Assembly: GCF_004010195.1 (NCBI RefSeq)
Contig: NC_057721.1
Span: 44,451,040-44,515,039, forward strand
Origin: Chiloscyllium plagiosum
Lineage: Eukaryota
Direction of reading: 5' to 3'
DNA: 64,000 nt
Shown here: positions 63,551 through 64,000 of the stretch, piece by piece
Layout of the letters: the number at the start of each line of letters is the position of its first letter
Position numbering within the stretch: position 1 is the first letter of the stretch
Program-made: the position numbers and the translations under genes
The notes under the pieces: generated by a model
Databases searched by the model: none
Seen by the model: the letters and a program-made list of their open reading frames with translations, nothing else
Told to the model about the DNA's origin: nothing

Positions 63551-64000
63551 CTAACAGGGCAATTAGCATTGTGTCAGTGGTGGATTAACTGCTTGCCACT
63601 TGTCACTTAAGTCAAGGTGCCCTCCCTCCCAGTGAATGCCCAGGTAGAGGACGGGGGACTGGGGTAGAGTTGTTTTTTTTAAAGCAAAGTGGGGACTACA
63701 GACAGGGAGGACACACCCTACAGTTTCCCAGCAATTTCTCCTTAGAGAGCTTTCTTGTCAAGCACTGAGGCCTATTTTTTATTAAAGATGTTTCTGCTGC
63801 CATCTGGACTCTGTGCCCCAACTCCTGGTAGTGCTGCTGAGTTTTCAATCCTCTGTAATAAAAACAAGACAGTGGAGAAACTCAGTGGATCTGACAGCAT
63901 CTGTGGGGGATGGGGAGACAGTGCTAACTTTTTGAGTCCAAAATAACTCTTCAATTCTAATTCTAGAGATGCTCTGCTGAGACTTTTTAAAAATCTAGAG

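Overview
This is eukaryotic genomic DNA, about 40% GC by eye and dominated by repeats. The repeat repertoire (CR1/HER1-type LINEs with short tandem 3' tails, tRNA-derived V-SINE/HE1-like SINEs, many Penelope-like elements) points to a cartilaginous fish, probably a shark; this is an inference. The only confident host coding feature is one 408-bp phase-1/phase-1 exon at 62059-62466 (+). It encodes the second V-type Ig domain of an EWI-family protein, most likely IGSF3, with CD101-like residues. No first-Ig-domain exon was seen, so most of the window is probably one very large intron. That intron holds nested CR1 LINEs (one near full length, 52004-55857), a second CR1/L2-clade LINE family, an RTE remnant, Penelope elements of several families, SINEs, solo LTRs, pogo/Tigger-like MITEs and a decayed Harbinger transposase. 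The most interesting observations are: (i) two TSD-bounded Penelope insertions that enclose foreign cargo (a CR1 3' end plus unique DNA) joined at nearly the same Penelope position; (ii) minimal hammerhead-ribozyme motifs in Penelope terminal repeats and many fold-back Penelope structures; (iii) a CpG-rich 39-bp minisatellite that arose inside a MITE whose unexpanded sibling is in the same window; (iv) a tandem duplication showing empty and filled versions of a SINE insertion site; and (v) a 40-bp templated insertion. There are three N gaps. Boundaries of degraded repeats are approximate and were read by eye.
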